From NCBI GenBank assembly GCA_965112735.1, contig OZ218953.1, positions 1,550,001 through 1,614,000 on the forward strand: a DNA stretch of 64,000 bases. Reading direction: 5' to 3'. This document shows, in pieces, positions 35,005 through 46,097 of this stretch. The position numbers were made by a program, and so were the translations under genes. This stretch comes from Phaeosaccion multiseriatum. Lineage: Eukaryota > Protista > Ochrophyta, other classes. Position 1 is the stretch's first letter. The number at the start of each line of letters is the position of its first letter. The notes under the pieces were generated by a model. The model made no database searches. It saw only the letters and a list, made by a program, of their open reading frames with translations, and was not told the DNA's origin.

Positions 35005-36304
35005 CCCAGGCCTTTTACTGGTCAATCCTTCCTTGGACAGTCCATGAAGCTCCTTCTCTCCTCCCCTTCTCGCTCCCACCCGCCCCCCTCTCCCCCCCCT
35101 CCCCCCTGCCGCACCCACCCACCACTCTCACGCGCCCACTCTCACACCCTCGCTCCAGTACGCTCCGCCCTGGCTCTACTCCACGAAGACAGTCGATCCG
35201 GACAAGGCTTACAAAGCTCTGGTGGCGGCAGTGGAGGCGATACCAGGGGCGAGTGTGGTCGAACAGGACGGCACTTACCTCAGAGCGGTGAGAGCGAGCG
35301 TGAGAGCCGCGGGCGCGGGGGGGGGGGGGGGGGGGGCAAACTTTTTTCTTGTCCCAACACCTAAAGCATGAGTGTGTGTGTGCGTGTGTATTTCTCTGTG
35401 TTGTTGTGTGTGTATTCGTGTGTCCCTTCTTCCTGAGCTCTTCGTCTTCGGGGCCCGCTCATTACCGAAGACCTGTTCCTACCCGTTTTGGTTTGGTCTT
35501 AAAGCAGACTGGTCTGCCCACGGACTGCTGCTCGTTCCTCACATGACGATTGCTCTTGTTTGTGTGGCCTCTCTCCCGTCTCCCTCCCCCCCTCCCTTGC
35601 CTCCCTCCCTCCCTCCGGTGGCGGCCGCATTCTCGATACGCTGTGCGCTTCATCCGTAGGAATTCCCCGCCAAGGTGAGAAGAGTACCAACCCGAACAAG
35701 ACGATTAGACTGCTTGAGTTTGGGCTAGTAAGGAAGGCAGCTGAATCCAACCTCCGTTTCATCTTGCCCCTGCCCCCCCCGCCCCTCCGTCCTTCTTCCT
35801 CTTCCTCCTTCTTCCTCTTCCTCCTTCTTCACCTGGTGCTGCCACTGTATCACCAACTGCTGCACTGGAGTAGGTGCCTGCCTCGAGTTTCGACGTGGTC
35901 GAGTTTCTGATGCGGCCCGCCGACAACATGGTGCTCTTCAGATCCGCCACGCGCGACTCCGTCTTCGTATACCCGCTACAGCAAGTAAGTAGGTGGCCAC
36001 GCAGAGGCGGAAACACTTGCACAGACTCTCCCCTTCCCTTCCCCCCCCCTCCCTCCCAGGCGCTTTTCGCCGTCCTCTCGTTTCTCGCCTTTTTTCCTCC
36101 TTTTTTCTCCCCCCCCCCCCCTACGTCTCTTTGGCTTGTGCGCAAAGAGTAAACCCCCGAGGGTCAACCCCTAAAGACTTGCATGCTTTCGCCCCTACCC
36201 TCTCGCTGCCCCTTTAACCCCCACAGCCGCTGTCAGACCAGGCTTCCAACGAGAGCCGATTAACTGCAATCCGCCGATCTCTGGGCTGGGGGACGGCCGA
36301 ATAG
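33482..36304 (+). CDS. DUF1499-family protein, probably plastid/thylakoid-lumen targeted; 9 exons including a 15-nt microexon (35660-35674)
   Basis: Spliced product: GRLFPCRAAE-NCLSTSS...YAPPWLY...AYKALVAAVEAIPGASVVEQDGTYLRA-EFPAK-VPASSFDVVEFL...VLFRSATR...SDQASNESRLTAIRRSLGW. Leader MRQLRALLLCLLLQSHPCTS-FT, plus a second hydrophobic segment ending in ASFA. Confidence 0.82.
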
Positions 36305-37375
36305 GAGCCACAGCGTAAGCGGAGAGACTTCGGGCCGATGCTCTTTTCTACACTGTGCCCCGCCGCCTCCACGCGCCCACACCCCCCCCTGGGCCGCCCA
36401 AGGTACGTCTCGAACCCTTCTTGCCGACCGTCTCCAACCATCGATGAGGGAGGGTGGGAGAAGCGAGTGGGGAGGTCTCAACGCGGCGCACGTAAGGAGT
36501 TCGAGCTTGGCGCACCACAAGCACAAGGGAAGGAGAGCGAGTGAAGTGGACAAAAAGTGAGGTGCCCACGGTTTAGCTCTGAGCTTTCACGCCGAAGTTT
36601 GCCCTGCCTCTGAGAACGTTCCAGTCGCTGGCACGCAATGGAACAACCCCCCCCCCTTCTTTAGACACGGAGGGCCAGCCGCGCCACACCTCCAACAGGC
36701 ACAGGCTCATGTATAGCAGGCCTGAGGCCTACTGAGGCCTACTGGAGCTTTGGCACTTGCCAAGGAACGATGCTTCGCTAAATACAGCTCCTGTTTCAAA
36801 GTTTACAATACAGGCTTTGTTGCCCTCCTGCCCATATGATTACAGCTGGCGGTGAGGACGGGGAAGCATGCATAGAGCAGCTCGTCCAGCGCCTCCAGCC
36901 CGGCGCAGGCAGCTCAAGCAGTGGTCAGGTGCTGCTGGACAAGGACCCTCAGCTCGCCATCGTCGCGACCACACGTCCATCACTTACACTGAATGAGGAG
37001 CTCATCCGTCCCTCTCCGTCCTCTCTTCCTCCTCTTTTTTTCTGTGCTACTCTATAGTTTACAAAGAGGGGCAAGGAGATGGCTTCAGAGAAGGGCTTTC
37101 TTGCAGTAGCGAGAGGGGAACTGCGCACTGCGGAGGAGAGAGGGTGGGAAGTGGGAACTGGGTCAGGCTGAGGGGAAACGGCGCTACGGAACTACAGTGC
37201 GCAAACATAAAGCAATGATACACTGAGAAGGTTCGACTCCTCTCTCCCCTGACTCTTTATTTCTAAATATTAAACTTACTACTTCAACATCCTCTCCTTT
37301 CCCCCATCAAAAGTCCCTGCTGGCAGTACAGCCTTGCCACCTCTGCTCCCCCCCCCCCCTCTCTCTCTCTCCCTC

Positions 37376-39176
37376 TCAGGCCATATCCTGGCGGTGAGCG
37401 GCCGGTGCCCCCAACTTGGGCACAGTCAGCACCTCAAACCCCTTCCTCTCTCCACTCCCATCTCCCCCTTGCCCGTCCGTAATAAGCACGGCATGCTCGA
37501 ACTGCGCGCTCCGGCGCCGGTCCGCCGTAACGACCGTCCACCCGTCGTCCCAGCTAGCCACCTCAGGCCGTCCCTCCGTGATGATGGGCTCAATAGTGAA
37601 AATCATACCTGCCCGCATGCGGAAGGTGTCATCGTTGCGGTAGTGCTGAATAAAGGGCGACATGTGGAAGTCGTAGCCCAGGCCGTGGCCGCAGTAGTTG
37701 CGCACAGTGCCATATCCCTCGCGCTCTGTAAAGTCCTCTATGCGGCGGCCAATCTCCGAGATGCACCCCCCCGGGTAGCAGGCCTTGAGCCCTTCCTCCA
37801 GTGCCTCTCGGCCCGCGGCGATGAGGCTCAGCCCCTGAGGAAGGAGCAGGGTGGGGAGGGGATGAGCAAAGGACTCTTTCCCAAGTTAACTGTGTTACTA
37901 TACTACTACAATGCTGCAGCGTGAACCATCAGGGGCTGCGGCCGAGTTTATGCAGTGCGTGGCTGTGGCCAAGACGCGAGTGGAAGAGGCACACAAAGGG
38001 TCACACAAAGCACGGGGTCGCTAGGCATGGGCACCCCACCATGTTTGTTCCACATTGTTCCACATTGGACCCTCTCTCGCTCTTGTTGCTATGCAGTGAA
38101 CGGCCCACACCTCCCATTGGACCATGACGCGCTCTGAGCGCATCAGCCTTAGCCAGCAGTAGAGTGCCATAAGCAGCGGGGAAAGGGACCCTTGACAAAG
38201 CATCATGTATGCACGCATGCACACAAGCGCGTACCTCGTCGTCGACTTGTCCCACCGGAATGGTCGAGCAATTGTCCCCATGGAATCCCTGAGCAGCCAA
38301 GGGGCGAGACAGTAGGGGAGAATGGGGAGCTCAGCGTGCAACTGTCTGGAAAGGGCGTACGCAGCCCAGCCCGTCCTCTCTCTCTCTCTCTCCTCCCAAA
38401 CACAAACATTTTCTGCTCCTCTCGTGCATGTACTTGTGTGTACCTACCTCGAGGTAGAGAGACACATCAAAGCTGACAACGTCGCCGTCCTGCAGCGGCC
38501 GGTCGTCGGGGATGCCGTGACATGCCACCTCGTTGACGGAGCTGCAGATGCTCTTGGGAAAGCCCTGGTAGTTGAGAGGGGACGGGTAGGCCCCGGCCGC
38601 AGTGATGGCCTCGTGCACGGCCCGATCGATCGCCTCGGTGGTCACTCCCGGGGCGGCCAGAGAGCATGCCAGGTCTAGCATGCGGCGCGCCAGCTAAGAA
38701 GAGAGAGAGGGTGGGGGGTTGGGGCATGTCTTGAGAAGGGCCATACTATAGCAGCACGTCAGCGGAGGAAGAGAGGAGGGGAGGAGGAGTGAGCGCACCT
38801 GATTGGCCTTTCGCATGGCGTTGGCGCTCTCTGTATTGTGCAGAGGGACCACTCCGCTTGCGTTGCCCGCGACACCTGCGAAGTCAATACAGCTGGATTA
38901 GACACACGCCCACTACTACTACACTTTGCACTCGAGAGGGACTCACCTGAGTCTGCGTAGGGCGGTCGCTTAATGTGTGGTGGTACTGTACGCATGCTGC
39001 TGACGACGCCCTTCGTCACTGGCTGCCGAGCGCGTCCCTGCTGCGGCCTCGGTGATTGAGAGCTCATGCTTGTCCTCGATGACGCATCCTCAGCAGCAGC
39101 AGAGGAGGGACTGCTAGACATGGGCCTCACACGCCCAACGCCTCCTTGTGGACCCCTGCTAGCTCGACTTCTGCTG

Positions 39177-39209
<33 letters not shown>

Positions 39210-39439
39210 AAGGTGGTCCCCGAGTCTCGGAAGCTCCGCAGCCCGACGCTGGTTCCTTCATAGCTGCAGGTGCTCCTCGTCCTCTGGCCGCTGCTTTGGA
39301 GGCAACTCCGATGCCTCACTCGGCTTCGAGGTGTGGCGAGCGTCGAGCCAGGAAGAGAGGCTGTGGCAGTACATATCCTGCTGACACTTTTACCAGAGCA
39401 GGCGAGCCATCGACGCAGCAGCTGCTGCGGTTGAGGCAT
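37376..39439 (-). CDS. Methionine aminopeptidase type 1, organellar (MAP1D-like); 5 exons
   Basis: [73 protein letters not shown]. No N-terminal zinc finger; Arg/Ser-rich presequence [17 protein letters not shown]. Confidence 0.93.
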
Positions 39440-39737
39440 GTTTCTTTCCTTTTTTTTTTGATTGGCGCCCTCTAGTGTTTCCGATCGGCACGTGCACGTA
39501 TCTCGCTTTCTGCTTTCTGTCCCCCGATCCTCCCCCTCTCTCTCCCTCTCTCCCTCTCTCTCGCTCTTGTCTCTCGCCTCCATCTCTCGCCCTCCATCGT
39601 GTGTCTCTCTTCTGTCCCCCTCCTCTTCCCCATTCTCTCTTCCTCTTTCCTCTCCCTCTCGCCTCGCTCTCTCTCTTCCTGACCTTTTTTTAACGACTCC
39701 TTTCTCCAACGACTCTTCTTGATGAGGGGAAGAACAG

Positions 39738-41242
39738 ATGATCAGCATTGCAAGGAGGGTGGCGAGGCGGGTAGAGAGGTGCGGATGTGGGAAATTCGCG
39801 GCAGGGTTTGTTGTTGTTGATGGCCGGGCAGTCTCCTCCTCATCATCACCATCATGGAGCGAGCCGCAGCCCGGAGAAGGGCGGGGTGTACGAGAGAAGA
39901 GAGGAGAGAGGGGGGAGAAGCAGCACACAGCGCAAGCAGCAAGCAAGACAAGCTCCAAGGAGGAGCCCTCGACCCGATCAGAGGCAGAGAAACAACGACG
40001 AATGAGGCTGGAAACTGGCGTATACGACCGGGCCATTGTGGCCGCGTGCGTAGAAACCAGCCGGGGAGGGGGGCTGCAGCAGCACCGCCGTAGCCATAGG
40101 AAGGCCCTGAGCCTTCTATGCAGCATGCAAGAAGATATTAATGCTCTCGCCCCTCGGGCGAAGAGAGATGGGGGAAGGAGCGTTGGTGTGGCTGGCTGTC
40201 GCGAAGGAGTAGCGATGTTGAGCCCTAAGGCGTGTGGTCACCTCATGACACTCTGTGGTGATGCTGGAGCGGTGGAGGAGGTGTGGGAAATTTTTAAAGC
40301 GCGGGGAGGAGGCGTTCGTATTGTGGAGGAGGATGGGGAGGGAGAGGGGATGAGAAGGAGGCTGGCCTTTTTTGGCCGCTCAGTGAGAAAAGCACGCGGA
40401 GCACCGACCCCGAGACCTAACATTGTACACTACGGTACCGCGCTCTACGTGTGTGCTGCTGCTGGCCAGGCCGATCGAGCATGGGCTGTGCTGAGAGAGA
40501 TGGTGGCGGATGGCTCTGTGTATCCCTCGGTGAGGCACTACAATGCCGTGATGAAAGCGTGCGGCAAGGCGGGGCAGCTGAAGCGGGCACTCTTTTTGCT
40601 CGCTGAGATGCAGACAGCAGGGGGGCAGGTGCGGCCCGACAACTTCACCTTGAGCATCGCTATGCAGGCGTGCATCGAGGCCGGGGAGTGCGACAAGGCC
40701 CTCGGCCTGCTGGAAGAGGAGATGCGACTTGTAGCAACCCAAAGTCGAGGGAAGGGTGGCGGCATTGTGCCGGATCGTGTATCCTTCAACACCGCGATTC
40801 ATGCCTGCGCAAAGGCCGGGAAGGGGCGCCGGGCCGTCCACATTCTGCATAGGCTCATGCCCGAGGCCGGTGTGCTGCCTGACGCCTTCAGCTACAATAC
40901 CGCCATGACTGCCTGCGTCAACTCCCGAGACTACACGAGGGCCTTGGACCTTTTCAATGACCTGCGAAGAGGAGGCCGAGGGACTGAAGAGAGAGAGGGA
41001 GGGGGGAGAGGACTGACGCCAGACGCCATTAGCTACAACACAGCGATGCGCGCCTGCGGCATGAGCGGGCAAGGCGCACTTGCTCTTGAGCTCTTTCGGG
41101 AGATGAAGGACGAGAGACATCTCCTTCACGATACGGTGAGCTATAATACAGTCATCCATGCCTGCGGTGCGGGCAGTCACGACGACGAAGCGATGGAACT
41201 GATTCAAGAGATGCGGCGGGTGGCCGCGGAAGAAGGACAAGT

Positions 41243-41273
<31 letters not shown>

Positions 41274-42395
41274 TTGCATGCGGGGAGAGAAGAAAAGAGG
41301 GGTAGCAGAGAGGGCCGCGTCGGCCCACGTGTTCCTGTGCAGCGGGTGTCGCCGCCTGACGAGAGGACGTACAATGGCGCCATGTGGGGCAGCAGCAAGC
41401 GCGGGGACGTGGCGCGTGTGCTGTCCACTTTGGAGGAGATGAAGAGGGAGGGCCTCCGCCCAGACTCCTTCAGCCATGCGTTCCTTGCCAGGGCATTTGC
41501 GGCGGCGGGCAGGTATGAAGAGTCCCTCAACGCCTTGGCAGACTTTGAGAGCTCGATGCGTGCCGGTGGTGGTGCCGGTGAGGATCGTAGGCTGGGCATC
41601 ACCGAAATCGCGACACGGTGTGCGGTGATGAAGGCGTGCGGCGCCGCGGGGCGCTTTGACCTTGCGCTCGGCATGTTTGAGGGGCTACAAAGGGCCAGCG
41701 CGAGCTGGAGTCAAGCCCACAAGAGAGGGCGAGGGCGGATGGACGGGGTGGGGTTGTTGAGCTCTGCGTACTACGAAGCCATCATCCAAGCGGCTGACGA
41801 CGCAGTTGTTCAGATGGGTGCTATCCCTGACGCTGCTGCTGCTGATACTGCTGCTGCTACTGCTGCCACTGCCGACCGCCTGTTCGGGGAAGCAGCCGAG
41901 GGTGGAGTCTTTCCTTCCTCATGGCTGACGCTGGCGTGGAAGGGCCGCGTCTGGGACTCCAGCGGCGGAAGCTTTGTCGTGGACCTGCACCTGTTCCACA
42001 ATGTGCCGACTTGCAAGGCCGCGCTCCGCTACGTTTTCTCCCCAAGGCCCCAAGACAGCTCTAGGGTCCACGCCATCGCCCTGGCCAACACCAGCGGCAA
42101 GAGCAAAGCGAGGCGACCCTCGCGGGAGGAGTGGCAGCAAGAGCAGGGCACGGGCGAGAAGGAGAAGCAGCAGGAGCAGGCGCAGGAAGTCAGCTTGGGG
42201 GAGGGCGTAGCTCGAGGCCTGGTCATTACGGGAAGGGGCCAGCGGAGCGCGCAAGGGATCAGCGTGCTGCAGGTGGAGGTGACAAAGTTTTTGCGGGAGG
42301 AGCTCGGGTGCAAGGTGCAGCCGTGTACAGAGGAGGATGCAGGGGCCTTCGTAATTGAAGGAGGGAATCGGCTCCAGACTGGCCTAGAAGCCTAG
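39738..42395 (+). CDS. PPR-SMR protein #2, intronless, ~10 PPR motifs with insertions and a split, degenerate SMR domain
   Basis: PDRVSFNTAIHACAKAG, PDAFSYNTAMTAC, PDAISYNTAMRACG. C-terminus VDLHLFH..CKAALRYVF...LVITGRGQRSAQGISVL..FLREELG. Confidence 0.88.
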
Positions 42396-42496
42396 AGACG
42401 ACATTCGGCCGGCCTAGGCCTAATTTTGGCGCAGCCCCCCCGGCCTAGGCCTAGGCCTAGAACCGCCGGCCTAGGGGAGAAAAAATGGCCGGCCTA
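42381..42496. repeat. Array of 8 GGCCTA(G) motifs forming palindromic runs, possibly a transposon subterminal region
   Basis: GGCCTA at 42381, 42411, 42417, 42442, 42448, 42454, 42468 and 42491. Confidence 0.8.
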
Positions 42497-42538
42497 AGAG
42501 TAAAACCTGGATGGGCGGACACACCCGTTTTGCGGACA

Positions 42539-42571
<33 letters not shown>

Positions 42572-42996
42572 TTTTCTTCTTTAGCCACTACTGGCGCCGT
42601 ACTTGCCTCCCTGTCTTGGCCCTGCCTCTTACGAACACATTGCCACCTTTAGAAGTCGGGAGTAAGTTACTAAGGGATCATAGAATCATAGAAATTGGAA
42701 AAGATATTACTTTTAGAAGCTTACGTAAGTGCGTCGCATACTTACGTAAGTACGTCACATCCTTACATAAGTACGGCACGTAAGGGAATTGGGTGTCTGT
42801 CCGCTGGGAAAATGGCCCCCCCCTCGCCCCCCCCCCCCTTTTCCACTTTCCAGAGGTGCGTGTGAATTTCTGCTCAGCGTCCAGAGTAGCCATAGGTAAG
42901 GGAGGCACAATAAAGCCATCGGAACCTCAAACAACCTGTATCCTTCAGAGTTAGCAGCAAAACCGATTAGCTGTCCGTTCATCCAGGTTTTACTCT
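42497..42996. mobile_element. 500-bp MITE (non-autonomous DNA transposon) with 25-bp TIRs and a TA target-site duplication
   Basis: Left TIR AGAGTAAAACCTGGATGGGCGGACA (42497-42521) matches the reverse complement of 42972-42996, AGAGTAAAACCTGGATGAACGGACA, at 23/25. TA at 42495-96 and 42997-98. Interior is AT-richer than the flanking genes and has no transposase ORF. Confidence 0.82.
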
Positions 42997-43589
42997 TACA
43001 TATAAAGCATTTTTTTTTTTTTTTGCGAAGGGAATAAAACTGCGAAAAAACAAAAAACGTGAACATTATTTTTTTTTTTATTTTTTGTCCCCGAAACTGA
43101 GGAGACGAGTGTTTTGGGCCTGATTTTGCGACACCCGATTTCACCACCAAAACCGCTCGGGGCGGTGGTGACAAAGAGAAGAACAAAGAAAAAAAGGGAC
43201 AAGGAAGGGGGGGGCGTATGCGAAAGGGGAAGTTGATTATTGTGGTTGGCTGTACCTCCAGCGCACGGTACGCGTCTTTGTTTATTGCGGAAGCGGCCCA
43301 CAAGTTTATTCGCAAAACTAACAAAAATAAGGTTTTGAGGGTAGACACAGTAAATAAGTGAGAGTGGGGTGTGGAGAAGGGGGGGGGGCGACGCCGGGCA
43401 TCAAAGAGAAAGGATTTGTTGTTGGCTTGTCAAGCGCATTCATATGCTCCAGCAGCATTAGGGGCGGCGCAGAAACCGCAGCAGCAGGAGGTAGAGCAGC
43501 GAACGGGCCGAGAGGTCAGCGGCGGCAGCAAACCGCAAGTGACACGCTCAGAGGCTTCGTACCAGGAGCGACGAGCGCAAGAGAGCATC

Positions 43590-43987
43590 ATGACGAGACG
43601 CTTGAAAATGGTGGGCAAGGGGAGGAAGAGCTGCCCAGAGTGTGGCACCGTGGCCAAGAGCGCCATGAAGGAGTGCGCCAGCTGTAACCACATCTTCTTG
43701 TCTCGCAAGGGCATCCGAGGGGTGCAGGCCTGCACCAAGAACCTGAGGAGGAAATCCGCCCTGGCCTCGACAGGAAGTGGGGGAATTGGAACAGCAGCAG
43801 CAGCATCAGCAGCTGCAGCTGCAGCTGCAGCAGCAGCGAGACAGCAGGGCAGCTATTGGAGAGGCGCGACGACAAACGCGGTGCACGGCAGCCCCCGCAG
43901 CAGCGACAAAGAAAAAACAACTTGTTGGCGATTCCGGCTCATTCAGCATGCTGCAGCAGCATTAGAGGCAGCAGAAGCAGAAGAAGA

Positions 43988-44029
<42 letters not shown>

Positions 44030-46097
44030 GAGAGCAGGACCAGTAGAATCGGAAGGAGCCGCAGCAGCAGAAGGAGCACAAAAAGTAACAGCAGAGCATG
44101 TTGCAGCACCGCTGCAGGCATTCGACGGTGAAACAGTCGCCGCGGCAGCAGCAGAAGAAGAGGACGAAGAAGAGGAGGAAGAACAACAAGAAGAAACGGA
44201 AGCAGAAGCAGTAGCAGCGGCAGCAGAAGGAGAAGCACCCGAGGACAGCAAACCGTCACCACAACCTCATCAACCAGAGGCTCCACACGAGAAGCGCCGA
44301 GCGCAAGAGAGCATCAAGCCGAACCCGAAAGGCCCGAAGATGGTGGGCAAGGGGAGGAAGAGCTGCCCAGAGTGTGGCACCGTGGCCAAGAGCGCGATGA
44401 AGGAGTGCGCCAACTGCAACCACATCTTCCTGTCTCGCAAGGGCATCCGAGGGGTGCAGACGTTCGAGAAGAGCCTCGAGAGGAAAGCCGCGCTGGTCCC
44501 CGATTGGGGAGGAAGTGCAGCAGCAGCAGCAGCAGCAGCAGGAGGAGGAGGAGGAGGAGGAGGAGGAGGGGGAGGAGGAGGAGGAGGAGGACGAGGAGGA
44601 GGAGGAGGAGGAGGAGGAGGAGGAGGAGGAGGAGGAGGAGGAGGAGGAAGGAAGGCGAGCGTGGCCCCTCTTTGGGAACCAAGAGCGTCGTCAACGCCTC
44701 TGCAGCTGCAGCAGATGTGGCACCTGGCCCTGCAGAGACAACAGCAGCGGGGGGAGCAGGCCACTAGCCAGGCACACAGTCAAGGCCACAAGAAGCAAGT
44801 CCCGAGTGGAGAGGACGGGTGGAGGAAGATGATGGCTCCTTCCAACGATGGAGCGGCGGCCAGCCGCAGGGAGCTTCCTGCTATGCGACTTGGTGACTTG
44901 CGCAAGCCATGGGCCAGATCGGAGACGTCGAAGGAGGGGGAGGAGGAGGGGGAGGAGACGGCGAAGGAGGTGGATCCTCCCGACGTGGAAGCAGTGACGA
45001 CGGGTAGCAGTAGCAACTGCAGCGGCGGCGAGGGCGCAGCACATCCAGCACTCTCTCCACTGACTGAAGCACATCCAGCGCTCTCTTCACCGACTCAAGA
45101 AGTCTCTTTGACGTGCAACGAAGAGGTAGATCCTGTCGGCGTTGAGGCGCCGGGCAGCAGCAACAGCAGCAGCAATGGGGAAGGTGAAGGCGAAGCACCT
45201 CCTGCACTCGTTTCACCGTCTCAAGAAGCGTCTTTGACCTGCAACGAATCGGTGGATCCTCCCAACGTCGAAGCGAAGGGAAGCAGCAGGAGCAGCAGCA
45301 ACAGCAACAGCAGCAGCCGCAGCAACTCGCCCGCCCCCCCCGTCTTTCTCTTGTCACGCCATATCGTGTGTCCTGACGGCGGAGGCAAAGGGCATGTAGC
45401 GCCTGATGCACCGTCTCGAAAAGTCTCCTTGATCAGCAATGAATCGGTGGCTCCTCCCAACGTGGAAGCGGAAGCCAGGGGCAGGAACACCAGCAGCGTC
45501 AGCAGCAGCAGCGGCAGCAGCGGCAGCAGCAGCAGCGGCGGCGGCGAACATGGCGAAGGTGCCGAAGACGACGGACTTGCAGCACTCGAGCCACCGACTC
45601 AAGCCTCTTTAACCTACAACGAATCGGTAAGTCGGGTGAATTGGGACAGAAGGCTTTCCCCTGGATATGACTCCGTTTGAAAACTCGATACGATACGTTG
45701 TGAATGAGCCTCGGCGTGACTGCTCTGCATCCCGTGACATATTTGTAACGCTTTGCACCCTTCCTTCCCTCCTGCGGTGCTCTCTACCATTTGTCACGAC
45801 CCCCCCCCCCAGGTCTCGTCTGAACCACTCAAGGGCCTCAAGAGAGATGCACAGGAGCTCGAGGGGAGCCCTTTCGTGAAGGAGACGACCGAAGAATGGC
45901 AAGAGAAGGAACAGCGCTTCCGGCAGGGCGAGGAGGGCGACGAAGAAGAACAGCGTCGGTTGGACTGGAACGGGATGTCTCGGCCCGGCTGGGAGTGGAG
46001 CGACAAGGCACTGGGCCCCAGGGAGGTGGAGTGGGACAGTTTGGATACAGCCTTTGGAAGGGGCAAGCGTCGCAAGCGTCGCATATCGGGCAAGTGA
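43590..46097 (+). CDS. Putative nuclear protein with two UPF0547/C16orf87-like zinc ribbons, internal SLTCNE-x-VDPP repeats and a C-terminal NLS; exons 43590 (frame open from 43371)-45626, 45813-46097
   Basis: KMVGKGRKSCPECGTVAKSAMKECAxCNHIFLSRK occurs twice (CxxC-x9-CxxC). Phase-0 intron GTAAGT...CAG. Ends GRGKRRKRRISGK. Confidence 0.72.

Noticed and set aside
38759-40126. 455-aa minus-strand ORF as an extended MAP1 N-terminus
   Set aside because: The upstream part is antisense to PPR-SMR #2 and crosses a CT-rich spacer. Met 39439 gives a sensible presequence.
42755-43348. 197-aa ORF as a transposase for the MITE
   Set aside because: It crosses the TIR and poly-A/T tracts and has no DDE or HTH motifs.
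43218-43361. Short ORF MRKGKLIIVVGCTSSARY resembling the start of a P-loop kinase
   Set aside because: It has no GK[S/T] Walker A motif, is only 47 aa, and has no continuation.
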